Shown one piece after another: positions 23,581-36,700 of a stretch of 64,000 nucleotides of DNA. Within the stretch, counting starts at the first letter, position 1. Each line of letters begins with the position of its first letter. Position numbers and translations under genes: made by a program. The notes under the pieces were generated by a model, which saw only the letters and a list, made by a program, of their open reading frames with translations, was not told where the DNA came from and did not search any database. Source of the stretch: Marsupella aquatica (Eukaryota; Plantae; Marchantiophyta); contig OZ316897.1 in the NCBI GenBank assembly GCA_973895155.1, positions 19,471,224 to 19,535,223 on the forward strand. Direction: 5' to 3'.

Positions 23581-25136
23581 CAAAGAGTTTCTCTGAAAAT
23601 ATCCAGTTAAACACAGGAGGAAAAGTCAGATCAAAACTTTTCTGCAACCATTTGCCTCATTCACAAGAGGTTTGAAAAATACCGCTTCCTCGCGGGCGAG
23701 CGATCTATACCGCTATCGTACCGCTCTCTACCACCACAACTCTCCTTCAAAACCTTCCGACCACACAGGCGAGAGAAAGAAGGCTTCGAGGAGGCTGTAT
23801 TTCTCGGTGACCGGGGATTTCCCCGACCCAGCTCAAAGTTTCGCTTGACGAAGACAAGAAGATTAACATTAAAGAAGTTCTAACATGTTTTATCACCTGT
23901 TTCTCGGCTGGCGTCAGATGTAACGACAGAGAGGAGCACAAGCTTGAATAATAGACCGTAGAGAATGACTAAACCCATGCCATGGCTGTCGCTTCTCAAG
24001 AGTGTGATTCAATTGAAGTTTGTGCTTGTGAAGAGATTGGAACTAGAATGCAAGACCCAAAAGCGTTCACGACGACTAGATGAAGAACATTCACGAGCCG
24101 TGGCAATCATCAAGTGAACCCAGCTGGAAAAGGGACCTTTCCTGTGCCTTCGCAGTGAGAAAAGCAGTATAGAATCAACACCCACAGAGAAACAGCATGG
24201 AGGAATTCAATAGGTGAGTCTACGTCGGCTTTACTTGGACTCTGTTGTTTAGGCCAACAGGCCAAGATCGAATTCAAGAGACGAGTGTAAACACAGAAAC
24301 CCACCAAACCGTGAGACGAGCGGGAGGAGTGCGCAACGCACGTCGGCAGCAGGAGTGACGCTTTACAGTGAAGCGGCGAGAGACGGCAAGAGAGGTGCTG
24401 CATTCCACTAGACACCAGCAATTGTGCTGCACCACAGAGCACCATTCTCCTTCACCTCACATTCAACCGTAATGCTCCTTTCCTTCCGAACTCGGCGGTC
24501 AACGAAAAAAGCACTCCCGTCAGCAATCTACCTGCCTGCCAGCCGCCCACCCCCCCCACACACGCACACACACATCCACACAGCGTTCAGGAAACGAAGG
24601 AACAGAGGGTTGAATCGAATTAGAAGTCGGAACACACCTCAAAACAAAGACGACAACACGGAGCATAGAGAGAAATCGCATTCAGCAGGGACACCGCAGC
24701 GAGACATCAAACGGAAAGGCAGCGATGACATCAGGAGGACGATTGCAGTGAAAGTTACACACGCAAGAGCGATCAGGAGACGAAGGAACGGAGCGTCGAA
24801 TCGATATCGAAGTGAAATCGGGAGACACGTGAAAACAGAGAACAAATGGAATCAAGATAAGTCGGAGACAATGTAGACGACGATCTCAGTGAGAATCGGG
24901 GGCACTGACGTCAACTGAGGAATTGCACTCTGTTTCGACAGATGCAAGGACGGATTCCAGCCAGTCACGCAGCGGGTAGACCCGTTTGAACTCCAGGAAA
25001 ATCCGGAAACTCGCTGAATCTTCGCCTTCACACAAAGTGACCCCCACAAGACGTTGCAAGTTACACTGTAGGTAATGCTGTTTGTGCGGGACCCTTGGCT
25101 TGTTGTTCTTGGGGCCCTTTCCCCTCTTTTTCTCCC

Positions 25137-25401
25137 TCCTTTGATTGGGTTCATTGGGTTGTTTTGCCTTTGAGATAATGTCTCCTTTGATTGCGTTCAT
25201 TGGGTTGGTTTGCCTTTGAGTTTCTCCCTCCTTTGATTGGGTTGATTGGGTTGTTTTGCCTTTGAGATAATGTCTCCTTTGATTGGGTTCATTGGGTTGT
25301 TTTGCCTTTGAGATAATGTCTTGATTGGGTTGTTTTGCCTTTGAGATAATGTCTCCTTTGATTGGGTTCATTGGGTTGTTTTGCCTTTGAAATAATGTCT
25401 C
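25137..25401. repeat. 46-bp minisatellite, ~5.5 copies
   Basis: Unit CTTTGATTGGGTTCATTGGGTTGTTTTGCCTTTGAGATAATGTCTC, with one shortened copy. Confidence 0.9.
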
Positions 25402-27445
25402 CAGGTTAGGGATTTTCTGCCGTTGTGGAGTGTGATATATATTTTGGGAAGGCAAGGTCTGCCTCTAGTCCTGATTGGCTGTACTTATTAACCACAGCAG
25501 TGCCAGCCATGCTGGTTGGCGGAAAAATTTATTAAAATGTTGGACCTGAGCGACAAAATGTTCTAGGAAAGTTAAGTTGGGATGGACTGCCATAGTATAT
25601 TTTTCTTTGCTTATGTTCATCTTTTAGATCTTGTAAATCCTGATCAGAAATAAGGTTATTAGAAATTTCTTGTCTGGAGGGTTGGTTGGGAAGCCCAGAT
25701 GGACTGAAAAAGGTGGGATGGACTTTGGCAGGACATCTAAAAGCTTGGACCTTACCTCCGCACTAGGGGTTACAGACACAATAAATTATAGGATACCAAA
25801 TTTGATGGACCCCAACTCTGCAGCTAGGTTACAGACACAAGAAATTAGAGAATGCCAAATTCATAGTCCATGACTTTTTGCGATAAATATTGGTAGGATG
25901 CCATTGCCATTGGTCACTGTAAAGGCTGGTGGCTAGTCATTTACATGGGCTGCATGGGTCAATCATTTAAAGTGTAGTAGTGATTTAAATGATTATTTGG
26001 GTCATTTACATCACTAGGGGATGGACAGAGTAATACTCAGAAGGGTTTGTCCAAGTCATTTATTATAACTCGTGCTACACATACATGTTTAGCATTCATA
26101 CACAAAGTGGACAGAGCCAAAGAGGCTCGGTCCGCCAGGTGAGTGATAGATCTCAACAACTATGAAAGTTTCTGCAGCTGATTGGAGGAATAGAAAGCCA
26201 TTAATTCTCCTGAGGACTTAGTTGGGTCTGATTAGGAACCTTACCTCCTTATTTGAGTATTGCAATCAAAGACTAAACATGGCACGGCTAGAAAAGACGA
26301 TAAGGGCTGAGGTTCCAAGACCTGAGTGAGCTCTACTGTCTCTGGTACCTGGCCATCTGGTATGGACGTAAAGCCGCTCTTAAGGATTGGAATTCAATGT
26401 GGAGTTCATTACTTCTTCTCAGATTACAGAGTAATTTGTGATGTCCAATGTTCCGTTTTTCAAAGTTCTATTGATAGATCATTTGGCTTTGTGAGCTGAC
26501 ACGCATCCCCACTTACACTAGCAGCAAAGTTTCATGTCTAGACTAGACTTAAAAAATCCAATTTGAGGTCTGATACACTGACCACAGAGATTGTCCTAGT
26601 AATTAGAGTACAGGGAACTTTTGGGACGAATGGGGTTGAGAGGGTGGTTGTGGACCTAGTTAAAAAGCCCCTTGTCTCCCCAAGTGTTGTTCTTTATGCA
26701 CTGTTATCAGCATCCTATGCAAGCTTCTACATGGTGGATATTCTTCTACACTGTTCTATTGTATTAGCTCAAGAATTTCTTGACCTAAACCTTAACCTTG
26801 CCTGGCAGGTGGAAAATGAGAGATGCATGTGGTAAGAATATGAGATCTGTATACTCTTTGGCATCGGTTGACAATCATTTGCTTGGGTATTCCTGCAGTG
26901 AAATTCTTCGAGGAATTTTCACCAAGGGCTGTGGGATGTTCAATTGCCCTATAACAACTGCAATGCTAATTATTTTGTTGCAGGAGTCAGAGATTTTTGG
27001 ACATGAGTGTAGAAATTACACACAAAGGGATGCAGGTCTAAGAGCATCTCCAGCAGTTTAAGGGCGTCCGGCCCCTAAAAAATACAGTGAGACATTTGGA
27101 GGCCTGAGAAGTGGAGGCTCCTCCATCCAGTTTTCAATCACCACTGGTGGCCCCCTATTTTGACCGCTATCGGTTAACGCTGGTTCAAACTACAGGAAAT
27201 GTAGTTCGAACCCAGATTTTACCCGCCGAAACAAGCGCAAAATACAAAGTCTGGCTGCAATTGAAGTGCCATCGCCATCGCTGCACACATTGGAGCTTGT
27301 TGCAGCAATGCTGAGGAGCTATCCACACTGATTGATCATCGTCTTCTCTTCTGCCACTTCAATCCAATTGCGCCCTCCGCTGGTGGTGTGTGAACTCTAT
27401 TCTTCTCACGTAGCTGTTGACTAGCTAGTTCACAGGTTGCATCGT

Positions 27446-28765
27446 ATGGCTTCTCTCGCAAAGTGGAGGCAAGATTTCATGAAAATGCAAGAGGAAGATG
27501 AAGTAGATTGGGATGAGGAGGAGAGGTTTTGGGCGATGATTCTCTACCAAGGACCACTGGCGATCACCTCCATCTTGGGCGAAAGAAGGAAAAGAAAGCA
27601 TGGAGGCTCCCGCCCAGGAAGAAGCACCAACGTGGACAGAAACAGAGAGAAGGGAGCGGGCGATCTCTTCAACAATTACTTTGCGATGAATCCCACATAC
27701 TCAGAGCTTTCATTTTGAAGAAGGTTTAGGATGAGCTCTAGGTTATTCAACCAAATTCTTCCAGCCGTGTGTGCCCATGGTCCTTATTTCCAATTGAAAT
27801 ATGATGCTGCAGGAAAAACTGGCCTCTCCCCACACCAAAAAATGACTGTTGCACTTCGTCAACTGGCTTATGGGATTGGGGCGGATGCAATGGACGAGTA
27901 TTGCAGGATTGTTGAGAGCATTGCACTGGAATCCCTGTATATGTTTGTGAAAGCCATTCGGGAATTGTATCAGGCAAATTACTTGAGGAAGCCAACAGCA
28001 CAGGATTTTCAAAACCACCTGGAAATCAATGAGGATCGAGGCTTTCCAGGAATGTTTGGCTCTCTTGATTGCATGCGTTGGCAATGGAAAAATTGCCCTG
28101 TAGCATCGCAACTGAAGGACAGTATAGTGATAAGGATAAGACCAAGTCAATTATTCTTGAGGCAATTGCAAACCAAGAATTATGGATTTGGCATGCTTTT
28201 TGGGGATTGGCTAGTGGCAACAATGACTTGAATGTGTTGGATCGTTCACCACTCTTGAATGACTGGTTAGCCAATGACTCGGCCAATGTTTCTTTTCATG
28301 TGAATGGGGTTGAATACAATCGATCATATCTACTAGTGGATGGCATATACCCAGATTGGTCAATGTTCATCTCCACTGTCCACTCGCCCCAGACTGAGAA
28401 ATTGAGTCACTTTGCCAAGTGCCAAGAGGGTGCTAGGAAAGATGTTGAGAGAGCATTTGGAGTTCTCCAGGCTAGGTTTGAGATTGTGAAAAGGCCAGCC
28501 AGATCTTGGTTTCAATCCAATTTGACAAACATTTTGATGGCGTGTGTGGTGTTGCACAACATGATTCTGCTGGAAGATGAGAGAGGAGAAGCATTTACAC
28601 CATATCTGAGAGTCACCCAACCAACTGTGAGACGTGGAGTAATGCCCTGGCTGGAGTACCTTGAAGCAAGGGGAAATCCACAACAAGGACTCTCATTTCA
28701 GGTTGAGAAATGACCTCGTGGAGCATTTGTGGGCACGCAGAGGTTTTGGGATTGCAAACCACTAA
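27446..28765 (+). pseudogene. Harbinger DDE transposase (Plant_tran/DDE_Tnp_4 type), disrupted
   Basis: F*RRFRM (in-frame TGA 27716-27718), ALRQLAYG, RGFPGMFGSLDCMRWQWKNCP, frameshift near 28105, NNDLNVL, YLLVDGIYP, RKDVERAFGVLQARF, CVVLHNMI, second frameshift near 28670, DLVEHLW. Confidence 0.9.
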
Positions 28766-30334
28766 ACAGACCCTGTACATATAGGTTCAATTCATAGAGA
28801 AGACATATTCTTTTCCATTGCATCAACAAAATACATTGTACAACTCCATTCATGGGTTTTCAGGACTACAAATTGGAGATCGTTGTATGATGACAAAGGC
28901 GGCTATAAATGTGTATGCTTGCATTTATATTGCAAAATAAGGCGAGCATGTCATGCTCTGTACATCACATTGAAGGCAATAGCCGCTGTCAAGTATGTGT
29001 AAACTACATTGCCGTAATTGGAGCTGTTAAAAGCTGCATTCAAAATGGACAGCGGAACCTAACAATGTTGAAGTGAAAATTAGCACGAAACTCTGTTGCT
29101 TAGGTGTCCACTAATCGGATGGGTACTGCCATCGGTACCCATCGATCAACACTCCATCGTTTGAGCTGCCATCCGAGTCAAAGTTTGTCTCCTTTGCCTC
29201 CTTCTCTCTCTCCTTCAATTTCTGGAGCTCTCACTTGAACTTCTTCTCGTCAAGTCTCTCCCTACGAGCACTCCGACTTATTGTTGCCTTCGGGCAAGCT
29301 CTGAGTTCAACTGGTCGACCAGTTTCATCAGGTTGAACTGGAACAAGGGCAGGGGCAGGGGCAGTGGGCACTTCAGGGACCCCCCTGCATTTGAATCATA
29401 TGGAGTGGCCCGGCTTGGTGCCACTATGGCAGTCACTTTTATCTTTGGCATGTTGGCGCTCTGGAAATCAGCCAAGCACAAGCAAACTCAAAATAAAAAA
29501 CATGCAAATGGAGCTCTTCGAAAGGAAATTGAATGTTGGCCTGAGCTTTCTTACCTAAAACCAGAGGCGAATTGAACAATGCTAGGGACAATGCTCAATG
29601 CTCGCACCCAATGCTGAAGGTTTCCAACGAAGCTTGTGACCAAATGCTGAACGCAGCCACAAAAGGAAGCAATCGAATACTCCCTGAATGTTGTGAGACT
29701 GAGAAATAGCAGGAGGGTGCAATTGTGAAAACCAGAGAGCCTGCACTTTGCACTTATTCTATTCTGGCACGACTGCAATGCACTACGTTGGGACCTTCAC
29801 GAAGTTTGTGAGGTCAGGTGGCAGGCATGTCCACCTCTGTGAGAAGTGTGCCCAACGTGTGAGAGCCTAGTACAATTAGACTTGTCTATACCACGAGCGC
29901 AAGGGTGTACAGGGAAAAATTAAGTCACATGAATTGGAAGTTAATTAACATTGGCAAATGAGATTGGAGCAGTACAAACGGGAGTACAAACTTTGCAAGA
30001 ACCTTCGCATGTGTTAATGAATTGCACAAGGACAAATGAGGCTCAAATGTCCTCTTCTGTGTACATCAACAAAATTAAAACCAAAATTCCACTACCCCTA
30101 CTGTTGAACCTGGTTCAACAATGCCATGAATTGGTTATGATCTAGCATAGGTTCAGGAATTGGACGTTGTAAGTCCAAAATGGGTTCTTCCTGGCCTACA
30201 ACAGGAAATGCTTTGTACTGGTCACCCTCGTCAGAGTCATCTTCTACATCAACCATTGGGGGGCGGGAGGAGGGGCAGGAAAATCTGGTTGATGAACAAA
30301 TGGTCGTGGATTGGGAGGTCGAATTGGGTGCTCA

Positions 30335-31192
30335 TCAACAGTTTCCCCTCGCACATGGACATTTTGTACGTTGCTGGGAGTCCATTTGCTTCTTCAATTT
30401 CATGGCCTCCTCCAGCTTCCAAGAATTCATAAATTGCTGCAATTCTAGAGACATCCCATCTGTAGGCAAGGAAATTAAAGCCATGGAAGAATTTTTTTCC
30501 ATAACTCTTGCCCTTTGAGAGTTAGCAGTTGCCATCTCCATCTGAGCCCGTGCAGTCATCTTCAAAGCATCTTGTTGGTGCTTCAGTTGCTTCACCTCCT
30601 CCTTGGCGAACTTATTCCCGGACGGTCTTTTCTTTGTAGATGACTGTCCGCTGTCAAAGGCATCATCCACATCAGCTGCTTGTCCCTCCTCATCGGACCC
30701 TATGAATTCTGTAGTGGGGCTGGAGTTCTCCTTGTTTGTTCCCTTCATTGTTGCCCTTGGTTTATTCTTCCCCTTTCCCATGAGATCATCAACTGGAGTG
30801 CACCACCGTGGGCACTCTTTCAAAATCCAGTAACACGAATCAAACAAGAATTTTGTGTGCTTTGGGTGATTCTCAACGTACAACTCCTTTGCAGATTTGA
30901 TGGTGTCTGCCTTGTTTGTCCCTGATGTCTGCCTGCCTTCTACCTGTTGCATACACCCAATGAACTTGCTTACATCTTTCTTGATGTCGCCCCACTTCCC
31001 TTCAAGAGACTTCTTTCCCCTCACTTCTGTGCCCTTTGGCTTATGTTTCTCGTAGTGGTCACCCACCCTATCCCAATTTTTTTTGGCTCGTTGCCCGTTC
31101 CCTACACATGGATCCTGGGAGATATGCAACACACTATAGCATACTTGCTTCAGCTCATCATCCGAGTAGTTTTTCCCACGCACAGTTCCCAT
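30335..31192 (-). CDS. Harbinger ORF1: Myb/SANT-like DNA-binding plus NAM-associated domain protein (3' end possibly frameshifted)
   Basis: RGKNYSDDELKQVCYSVLHISQDPCVGNGQR...W..IKKDVSKFIGC...CYWILKECPRW...KRPSGNKFAK, the typical Harbinger partner protein. Confidence 0.85.
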   Translation of the reverse strand: MGTVRGKNYSDDELKQVCYSVLHISQDPCVGNGQRAKKNWDRVGDHYEKHKPKGTEVRGKKSLEGKWGDIKKDVSKFIGCMQQVEGRQTSGTNKADTIKSAKELYVENHPKHTKFLFDSCYWILKECPRWCTPVDDLMGKGKNKPRATMKGTNKENSSPTTEFIGSDEEGQAADVDDAFDSGQSSTKKRPSGNKFAKEEVKQLKHQQDALKMTARAQMEMATANSQRARVMEKNSSMALISLPTDGMSLELQQFMNSWKLEEAMKLKKQMDSQQRTKCPCARGNC

Positions 31193-32103
31193 GGAGGTCA
31201 GGTCCTTGACAGAGCTGTGATGTCGATTATGGCACGAGAATGCACAGTGCAGAGTGCAATTCTCCAATGGGGTCCAGCTTTGTACTGGGACCATGAGTGA
31301 TCGTGCCTCTCGTGTTCAAACGTCAGACCATGTTGCATGAAATTTGAATTCACGCAGGGACTTTGTGCCATTGAATGTGCAGCGTCTTGCATGATCCCTT
31401 GATGCATGGACCCATTGCAAGCGTTGATGGGGAAGGAGGCGAGGATGGAGGCAGTGTCCTCTGACTGCCAATCCCCCCAAATGTGGCGGTCAGGATCAGG
31501 TGGAAAGGCTGCCGACCGCCAATGTTATGGCGATACGGAGCAACGGTGGGAACCGGACCAAAATGTGACATGGAAGGGCCCAGATCTGTTTCGTGCCCAT
31601 CCAAAGGTTAGATTTGAATTTGAGTCCAAATATGCATTGAATGTACCCCTCTAAAGCGAAGTGGTGGCCCCAAAAGCCAGTTGTTAGTGATTAAGGATCT
31701 TTGTTTGATTATAGACGCCGGTTTTAGGACGGTTCAAAATTCAAAATATCAATTAAGACATCCCAAACTTTATGCTAAATCCAAAACAAGGACTGTTGCA
31801 ACCACTGTTGCCCGACGACTCCTTTGGAGCTTCATGACTTATTTTGAATGTTGCGTCGGACTCTGTATCCAAAGCTCGAGGCACAACACGCAATGCTTTC
31901 AATATTCCCATTCTTAAAGAAACGCTTGAAAGAATACACACGGTCAGGTTTGATGTTGCATTATTTTCAGATCCCTCCTTTCACTTGAGAGTCTTCCTTA
32001 TTCATGAACAATTCCATTTCGGAAGTCGAAGATATTTAGAGTAGAGGTGAGTGCGTAGAGGGCGGGCACATACAGAGCTTATTTGCAAATTCATCAACGA
32101 GAG

Positions 32104-35100
32104 ATGGTGATTCTTAGTAACGTAGAAGATGCACTTGAAAGGATAAAGAGAGAGGCTCGTAACCAAAGAAGGCGTCAGAAATACTACGATCAGTCTGAGA
32201 GGAAGAAAAAAGATGCAACCACTCAGTGCAATTGGGAGAACGAGGTTCTTGCGGTTGCAGAGCAGCACTGTAATGACATTCTTGCAGATGCGGAGCAACA
32301 AGGTTCGGATATGCTTGCGGATGCGGAGTTACAATGTGAAAACATGCTCACTGAGGCAGAGCAAGAAGGGCAGCAATTGCTTCGTGGTGTGAATCAACAA
32401 TGCGAGGCGCTAAAGATGGCTGCTATGGATGACATACGAGAAATCACTGCCCAAGCACAGAGTGAGGTTGCTCCGTTGTTACACACCATGCTTTCAAACT
32501 TGCAAGAGGAAGTTGCTAAAGGCAAGGAAAGAGTCTGTGTTTTGAATGCAACCATAGGCAGAAGGGAAGCACGTCTCCAAGCATTGAATGCGCAACTCGC
32601 AGTGTCTATTGATGAGCCAGAGTTTCAAGTTCATGATTTGGACAAGGCTGTAGCATTTCGGAGAAGAGACGCAGCAAGGAAACGAGCTCAATACCAAGAG
32701 GAGCACCAATCTTGCACCCGCATGAAGAGAACGGGGGTATGTAGTGACCACGGTGATCCTATCCCAAACCGGAAGCGACAGTGCATCAATAGATTAGTTT
32801 CCAATTTCATTAGGGTTTTAATGAGTCGAATGAAAGACCTTAATGTGGCTGCTAGAAAGCTAGTTATGGAGAGATTTTGGTTGCATAGTGCTTTGAGACA
32901 ATACCAGCCTGCAGCGCTTGGGTGTGCAAGGCTAGATGCATCTGTAGGGTCTGCCGTGATTGACCTTGTTAAATCTCTAAAAATTGTGAAATCAGCTAGA
33001 CGCAAAGATCATCTAGCCATGAAGAGAGCGCTCTTGATATCGCTGGTAGGAGAGTCCATAGTAGGGAGTAGATACCAGACCTCATTGGCCACAGCTTTGG
33101 GTGTCAAACGTCAAAACATCCACAAAGCAGGTGCAATGAGGAAACAGCTTGATCAGGATGCAGCATTGAGATATCCTACCGGTGACCGAAAGGTTAGGAG
33201 TGACAAGATTTCTATTGAGCCTATGCGAAAGATTGTGGAACAATACTGGGAGAGCAATACTCGAATTTCTCCTTGCAAGAAGGATGTGGCCAAACTACGC
33301 CTAGGTTTGAAGCAGTACGAGAAGCATTCCAAGCATTGGCTTGAGGATACTGAGGTAAATAATTATTTTTTGCTAATAGTGTGATCGTGTTGAACTCGTA
33401 TTCTCTGAAGTGCATGACAGAGTTTCTATGAGTAAGCTGAACCTTACCCCCTGGCGAATGGATCCTGATTTCATATTGCGTGTCTTGCAGGTTGAGCTCT
33501 TCATGAAATTCGAAAATTGGTGCACCGTGGAGGGGAATGGCATTTCTATAGGTCTCAGATCTTTTCAACAATTAAAGCCATACTATATTCGCACTATGAA
33601 GGATAGAATGGTTTGTTGCTGCAAACAACATGTTGAAATGGACCTGTTGAAAGAGGCACTCAACAAGTTCAGGAGACACCAGCACCAAAAGGATTGTAAT
33701 TGTGAGTGTTCCATATGTAGATCACCCAATGCTTCTTTAGAGGGTCGTAGTTGTATTGCCTCTAAGACATCCATTACTTCAGTACGAGAATGGATGGAAG
33801 GAGAAGTTTGTCCTAAGCTTGAGGGTCAGGAATGGCACCGGAAGAGTTGTATTTTTGGTCAGTGTGAGAGATGTGGAGTTCACAAGTTGTCATGGTGTGA
33901 AATGGAGATGGACATCATAGAGACACCTTATATTGATTGGGAAACCTTTCAATACGTGGAGCTAGATGAGAAGACACAGAACAAGAGAGAAAAGAAAAAA
34001 GGGACTGCTGAAAGCGCACAACAGAAGGTAAAGCGCTTGCGGATGGTGCATCGAACAACTTCTCTTCCTGATTTCAAGCTGCACGTACTAGGTACAATGA
34101 AGACATTTCTTATTCATAATTTTCGAGCCCGTTGGCAAGCTGTTCAGTCCAAACTCTGCCTAAAGACCTTCCCGCGGGGAACTATAGTGTCGTCCATAGA
34201 CTTTTCTGAGAATTATACGTTCAAGGTCCAGAATGAGATCCAAACTCAGCATTGGGATAATAAACAAATTACCTTGTTGATTCTTGTGACATACAGACAT
34301 CGTGAAGATGTTGAGTCTATTGAGGCTGCCGTAGGTAGGTCTGTAGGAATGGCACAAGACAGCATTGGGAATCGAGACATTATAGCTGATTACCATTTTT
34401 TCATTAGTGATGACAACACCCATGACACCCTTTTTGTGCAACACTGCATGGACTCACACGTAAACTGGATGAAGCAAGAGAAAATTTCATTCAAGCACCA
34501 TTGGGTTTGGTCAGATGGAGCGGCTTCACAGTTTAAGGCTTGCAGGCCTTTTTATTATGTCTCCAGATATTACAAGCGACATGGTGCTAGAATGAAATGG
34601 TTCTTCCATGCTTCAGGACATGGAAAGGGGGTTGCTGTGAGTTTCTTAACTCTGTCTTTGATCAGTTACTGCTCTATTTGACCATCATGAACAATCTGAT
34701 TCAATACTATAGTGAGCTTTACAAATTGCACAGGTGTACATTCATTCACCCTCTGATTGAATTGTAATTGGTGTGCTTCATTTCAGGATACTCTTGGTGG
34801 TCACATTAAGAGCGGAATAGAGAAGGAGCAGCTGAAAGGAATTCATGGAGCTCGGTTGGAGAATGCTGCTGATGTGGTTGCTTTTTGCAAAGACAAATTT
34901 GCCCTTGGCCAAGAGAAGGAATATGGTGACGTTCAATTGGTGAGGCGAATGTTTTGGGAAATTGGTGCACATGAAGTGAACCGAAGGAAAAAATGGGACT
35001 GTGACGCAATCAAGGGAAGTAGAACACTACATTTCTTTGATGGGTTTAGTGATCGTCTCTCTACTCTTTTGCAAGTAAGGGATCTTTGTTGCTTCTGTGC

Positions 35101-35650
35101 TCATTGTGTAGATGATGAACCAGCCAAATGTGAGAACATAGAATGGGTAGGACATTTTAAACTCGAGATGGTGAGAGGAGTACTGCCAATTGATGTGATA
35201 CCTGACATACACAACATAGGACTAGGGGAAGGAGGTTCTCAATGGCAGGATGGCTTTTTGGCAGAATTGGTCCAACTAGGTGACTTTTATGCTGTTGAAG
35301 CCGAGCAGCCAAATAAGTGGGGTGCTGATTTCTACGTCCTTCAATGTGAGGAGGTACTGCACACAATCAAAGAGAGATTTACAGACGGGTATGAGGTGGA
35401 GTTCGATGCAGGCGACTTGGCATTGAAGGGAAGGTGGTTTCAACCAATTCCAAAATCAGAAACCAGATTTGTATTCAATGACACTGCACCCTCAAGCTAT
35501 ACTCATGCAAAATCTGTAGTTCATATTAGGTTTGCTTTGACTCCATGTGAGGTTGGTCGAAAGGGTGGCAGTAGGATGTACAGCTTAGATGTACATTCTC
35601 TAGCAGCAATCTCTGCTTCCTTGACTTCACAAGTCACTGTTGGAACGTAG
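32104..35650 (+). CDS. Spliced DDD transposase, 3 exons (32104-33354, 33491-34636, 34787-35650; ~1086 aa; start uncertain)
   Basis: Phase-0 GT-AG introns (GAG|GTAAAT...TTGCAG|GTT; GCT|GTGAGT...TTTCAG|GAT). Motifs CCCKQH, Cys-rich finger, IDFSENY, FFISDDNTHD, WVWSDGAASQFK and, after splicing, GHGKGVA|DTLGG. No stops or frameshifts. Confidence 0.85.
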
Positions 35651-35869
35651 ATTGTGCATGCAGGCGCTACAATGGAGTGAAGTGCCTGGCAATGACTAGT
35701 CAGGTATGGTGCCCACAAGTTACATTGTAAACTATAGATTTGCTGTAATTCAATCTGACTGCTGTATCCATAGCTTTGCTTTCAATCCAGTGTATGCAAA
35801 ATATGCTTGCTAGGTCTTAATCAATGTTCAAGTCCTTGTATGTAGCTGACAGAGGAATCACGCGTCCTC

Positions 35870-36700
35870 ACAAGGACTGAATTCCTTTTTCCATCAAGGA
35901 CTTTAGACCGAATTCCTTTTTGCGTGAAGGACTCAAGCCCTGAAAAGGACTTAATCCATTTTGTGCGAAGGACTAAAGCCCTAAAAGGGACTTTAATCCT
36001 TGTTGTCTGAAGGACTGATGTACTAGACTCCTTTTTGCATGAAGGACTCAGTCCCAGGAAAGGACTTTAATCCTTGTTGTCCGAAGGACTGATGTACTAG
36101 ACTCCTTTCTGCATGAAGGACTCAGTCCCAGGAAAGGACTTTAATCCTTTTTGTCCGAAGGACTACAGGACTGGACTCCTTGTGCATGAAGGACTCAGTC
36201 CCACCAAAGGACTTAAATCCTTTTCGTCCGAAGGACTACAGGACTGGACTCCTTGTGCATGAAGGACTCAGTCCCACAAAAGGACTTTAATCCTTTTCGT
36301 CCAAAGGACTATAGGACTGGGCTCCTTGTGCATGAAGGACTCAGTCCCAGGAAAGGACTTTAATCCTTTTCGTCCGAAGGACTACAGGACTGGACTCCTT
36401 GTGCATGAAGGACTCAGTTGAATGAAAGGACTTAAATCCTTTTATAGGAAGGACTAATATAGGACTCCACTCCATTGTCCGAAGGACTGAAGTACTAGAC
36501 TCCTTTTTGCATGAAGGACTGAAATCCTTGTTGTTTGAAGGACTCAAGTCCTAAAATGACTTTACTCCTTTTCCCTTGAAAGGATTCTAACCTTGAGAAG
36601 GACTTGAATCCTTTTTGTGCAAAGGAAAGAGCTAGGTTTTAAGAGTACTACACTTGACGTACTCTATTCTATGTGAAGGACTAAATTCTGTCCTGGACTC
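35870..36700. repeat. Higher-order tandem array (73-74-bp unit made of three AAGGAC..TCC subunits)
   Basis: GAAGGACTCAGT at 36041, 36115, 36188, 36261, 36334, 36407; degenerate at both edges. Confidence 0.9.

Larger units (their letters stand above)
27042..31600. mobile_element. PIF/Harbinger DNA transposon, decayed; right terminus not found
   Basis: TAA followed by GAGCATCTCCAGCAG, a typical PIF/Harbinger terminus, at 27039-27056; convergent DDE nuclease and Myb/SANT-like ORFs. Confidence 0.85.

Noticed and set aside
24886-25455. 189-aa minus-strand ORF
   Set aside because: Mostly a read-through of the 46-bp minisatellite; no recognisable domain.
35870-36700. CRISPR-like array of palindromic repeats downstream of a nuclease-like gene
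   Set aside because: Inter-repeat segments are themselves repeated (73-74-bp higher-order unit); there are no unique spacers or cas genes, and the context is eukaryotic.
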